Made by a program: the position numbers and the translations under genes. Under the pieces are notes generated by a model, which saw only the letters and a list, made by a program, of their open reading frames with translations, had not been told where the DNA came from and searched no databases. Below, piece by piece: positions 61,442 to 64,000 of a stretch of DNA of 64,000 nucleotides (its first letter is position 1; every line of letters starts with the position of its first letter). The DNA is from Opitutaceae bacterium. GTDB lineage: Bacteria > Verrucomicrobiota > Verrucomicrobiia > Opitutales > Coraliomargaritaceae. Where the stretch lies: contig JBPOFY010000001.1 in NCBI GenBank assembly GCA_051252375.1, positions 192,001-256,000 of the forward strand, written 5' to 3'.

Positions 61442-62773
61442 GTGAACCCCATCAAATGGAAACTCCACTGGCAGATCATGCTAGCACTCGCGCTCGCCGC
61501 ACTCTTCGGGTTAGCGCTCATGCCGTCCCTCGGCGAAAGTTTTAGCGGCAACACCGAAGTCTTCTGTAACTTCATCGGCAAGCTCTTCATGAACGCGCTG
61601 AAGATGGTGATCGTGCCACTCATCGTCGCGTCCATCATCAGCGGGGTCATGCACCTCGGAGCTGAAAAAGGCGTTGGTCGCATGGGCTTCAAAACCTTTC
61701 TCTACTACACCTGCAGTGGAGCCGTCGCAGTCATCGTCGGACTCGTCGTCGTCAACCTTATCGGTCCTGGAAACGTCGATGCCGAAACCGCCACAGCCAT
61801 GCTCGGTCGTGGCAGCGAAACCGCACTCAGCGAAGGATTGATGGGCAAAGTCGAAGGCCGCAGCTCCAGCGATCTCTTTGATATTTTCCTGCGCATGTTC
61901 CCCTCCAACATCGTCGATGCAGCGACCAACAACGGGCAACTTCTCGGCGTCATCACCTTCTCCCTCCTCTTCGGCGCATTCATCGGCAAACTCAAACCCG
62001 AACAGCGCGAGACCCAGCAAAAGTTTTGGGAGAGCGCTCAAGAAGTCATGCTCAAGCTCACTGACTTCATCATCCGCTTCGCACCCATCGGCGTCTTCGG
62101 GCTCGTCACTCCAGTGCTCTTCAACGCCCCTTTCGCAGACCTCATTGGTGCGATTTTCTGGTTCTTCATCACTGTGCTGCTCGCCCTCGCACTTCACTTT
62201 TTCATCAACCTTGGGCTCGTGCTCAAATACGTCGGCAAGATCAACCCGATCACGCACTACAAAGAAATGGCTCCCGTATTGCTGACCGCCTTTTCCACCG
62301 CCAGCTCATCAGCCACGCTACCGCTGACCATGGAAACCGTCGAAGAACGCGCAGGCGTCTCAAAGAAGACCTGCTCCTTCACCCTCCCGCTCGGCGCCAC
62401 CGTCAACATGGACGGCACCGCACTCTACGAATGCGTCGTCGTGCTCTTCATCGCACAGCTTTACGCCTCAACTGGCCAAGCCTCGCTTGAGATCGGACAA
62501 CAACTACTCGTCGTCTTCCTCGCACTCACGACCAGTATCGGCGTCGCTGGCATCCCCGCCGCCAGCCTCGTGGCCATCGCAGTTATTTTGCCAGCCGTCG
62601 GTCTCCCCGTCGAAGCCATCGGCGTCGTCTGGGTCACCGACCGCATCCTCGACATGTGCCGCACCAGCGTAAATGTCTTCAGCGACACCGTCGCCGCTGT
62701 CGTCATCGCCAGCACCGAAGGCGAAACTCCCTATGGGAACGTCGAACATCGAACGTCCAACGTCGAATTGTGA
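61442..62773 (+). CDS. Dicarboxylate/amino acid:cation symporter (DAACS, GltP-like)
   Basis: LKMVIVPLI, AFSTASSSATLP, PLGATVNMDGTAL, DRILDMCRTSVNV. Confidence 0.95.
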   Translation: MNPIKWKLHWQIMLALALAALFGLALMPSLGESFSGNTEVFCNFIGKLFMNALKMVIVPLIVASIISGVMHLGAEKGVGRMGFKTFLYYTCSGAVAVIVGLVVVNLIGPGNVDAETATAMLGRGSETALSEGLMGKVEGRSSSDLFDIFLRMFPSNIVDAATNNGQLLGVITFSLLFGAFIGKLKPEQRETQQKFWESAQEVMLKLTDFIIRFAPIGVFGLVTPVLFNAPFADLIGAIFWFFITVLLALALHFFINLGLVLKYVGKINPITHYKEMAPVLLTAFSTASSSATLPLTMETVEERAGVSKKTCSFTLPLGATVNMDGTALYECVVVLFIAQLYASTGQASLEIGQQLLVVFLALTTSIGVAGIPAASLVAIAVILPAVGLPVEAIGVVWVTDRILDMCRTSVNVFSDTVAAVVIASTEGETPYGNVEHRTSNVEL

Positions 62774-62781
62774 ATTTCCCT

Positions 62782-62835
62782 AACCTCTCAACCTCCCAAC
62801 CTCACAACCTCTCAACTTCCCAACCTCACAACCTC
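62782..62835 (+). repeat. Octamer tandem array AAC(C/T)TC(T/A/C)C x6 plus a partial unit
   Basis: Abuts the ATG at 62836; same unit as the 61339 array. Confidence 0.92.
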
Positions 62836-63303
62836 ATGAGTAAAACGAATGCACGCCTCGCCGAACTCGGCATCGAACTTCCTTCCGCACCCGCTCCAGC
62901 CGGCAACTACGTCGCTGCCATGCAGGTCGGCAACCTCCTCTACATCTCCGGCGCCATTTGCCTCGTTAATGGCGAAATGACACATACCGGAAAGATCGGT
63001 GAGACTCGCGACATCGCCTACGGACAAGCAGCAGCCAAAGTCTGCGCCCTCAATCTACTCGCCGTGGCCAAAGGCCACATCGGCGACCTCGATAAAGTCT
63101 CCCGCGTCGTTCAGCTCAACGGCTTCGTCAACGGCGTGCCCGGCTTTGCCGACAGTCCAGCCGTGATCAATGGAGCCTCCGATCTCATGGTCGAGATCCT
63201 CGGCGAACGCGGACGCCACACTCGCGCCGCCGTAGCCGTCACCGGCCTCCCCAAAGACACCACCGTCGAAATCCAAGCGATCTTCGAAGTAAGCGAAGCG
63301 TAG
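62836..63303 (+). CDS. RidA/YjgF-family protein
   Basis: RLAELGIELP..PAPAGNY, LYISG, VINGASDL, GRHTRAAV, VEIQAI. Confidence 0.92.
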   Translation: MSKTNARLAELGIELPSAPAPAGNYVAAMQVGNLLYISGAICLVNGEMTHTGKIGETRDIAYGQAAAKVCALNLLAVAKGHIGDLDKVSRVVQLNGFVNGVPGFADSPAVINGASDLMVEILGERGRHTRAAVAVTGLPKDTTVEIQAIFEVSEA

Positions 63304-63324
63304 TCGCAGCGGAGAACTACGCAG

Positions 63325-63548
63325 TTCAAGTATAGAGATTAAAGTTTAAGAGACCGCGAAGCTGGCAGTGAACAGTTGCTGTAGCCGCGGCAGTCCCCTG
63401 CCGTGTTTCCCGTAGCCTCGATTCTCAGGATCGGGGAACATACACCTCGCATCTAGCATCTCTCATCCCGCACCCTAAAAACTCGAACAACGGCAAAGCC
63501 GTTCTCGCCATCCCTAATTAGCGATTACCTATCAGTCATTACCCATTA
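63325..63548. repeat. Mosaic of three heptamer arrays and two GTAG palindromes
   Basis: TTCAAGT-type at 63325-63350; GTAG hairpins at 63381-63405 and 63412-63436; GCATCTA-type at 63449-63476; NNNAT(T/C)A x5 at 63514-63548. Confidence 0.65.
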
Positions 63549-63765
63549 ATTAAATAGTGAACATAATTATACTAAAATGATTGCGCCATGAAATATCCAT
63601 CTCACTCTCCAACTCCCCGCGTCATCAATATTTCGACAGCATCCACATCTAATATCTCAGGTTTTAGCATTTGCTCCTTCACTCGCCCTAAGGGCACCCA
63701 GTTCAGTAGCCCCTTCGGGGCAAACTGGACAAGCCAGTTCACCATCTCCGCGCTGTCGCGCTTCG

Positions 63766-63818
63766 TCAGTATTTCAGTATTTCAGTTTTCAGTTTTCAGA
63801 TTTCAGATTTCAGATTTT
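63766..63818 (+). repeat. TTTCAG(T/A) 7-8-mer tandem array
   Basis: About seven units ending 6 nt before the GTG at 63825; same family as 47439. Confidence 0.88.
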
Positions 63819-63824
63819 TAAAAC

Positions 63825-64000
63825 GTGTCTCTCCGCTATCTATTCATCGATTTCGACAGCTTTTTTGCCTCTGTCGAGCAGCAGTTCCGCCCCGAACTGC
63901 GCGGTAAGCCCGTGGGCGTGGTGCCCTCGCTCGGCGTCGAAACCACCTGCTGCATCGCCGCGAGTTACGAAGCCAAAGCCTATGGCGTAAAAACTGGCAC
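63825..64000 (+). CDS. dinB: Y-family DNA polymerase (DinB-like), 5' part only
   Basis: Manual translation [33 protein letters not shown]...[16 protein letters not shown] contains IMS motifs I-II. Confidence 0.88.
   Translation, partial: MSLRYLFIDFDSFFASVEQQFRPELRGKPVGVVPSLGVETTCCIAASYEAKAYGVKTG

Noticed and set aside
63588..63821. 77-aa ORF upstream of dinB
   Set aside because: Ser-rich with no motif, and its C-terminus is translated repeat; cannot be supported as a gene.
63304..63824. LexA box (TGTTC-N4-GAACA type) before dinB
   Set aside because: Four GAACA half-sites are present but none has a matching left half at the right spacing.

Overview
Mostly core-genome DNA from a bacterium that looks like a marine Verrucomicrobium (Opitutales/Puniceicoccaceae-like). 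This assignment is inferred from the DUF5069 and DUF11/OmcB-like proteins, a DxDGDG-type C-terminal module and the lack of Shine-Dalgarno motifs. The window has about 55 CDS, including ftsH-tilS, queA, an ECF sigma operon, dapF, aguBA, hisG, lysA, mutS, zwf-opcA, sdhCAB, pyrG, trpC, rsmA and a partial dinB. It also has one tRNA-Pro(GGG), followed by a small tRNA-derived element and a five-gene Mg2+-transport cassette. I found no CRISPR, integrase, transposase or prophage. The most unusual signals are: (1) a P1B-ATPase-like protein that keeps its metal-binding domains and membrane helices but lacks every catalytic motif; (2) a stand-alone secreted protein closely resembling chlamydial OmcB; (3) a secreted 12-Cys mini-protein whose predicted mature N-terminus is His-Cys; (4) a terminator-like hairpin directly before pyrG; (5) several families of 7-10 nt periodic repeat arrays that sit at start codons, alongside REP palindromes with covarying stems. 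All family assignments come from motif recognition by eye; no database search was run.
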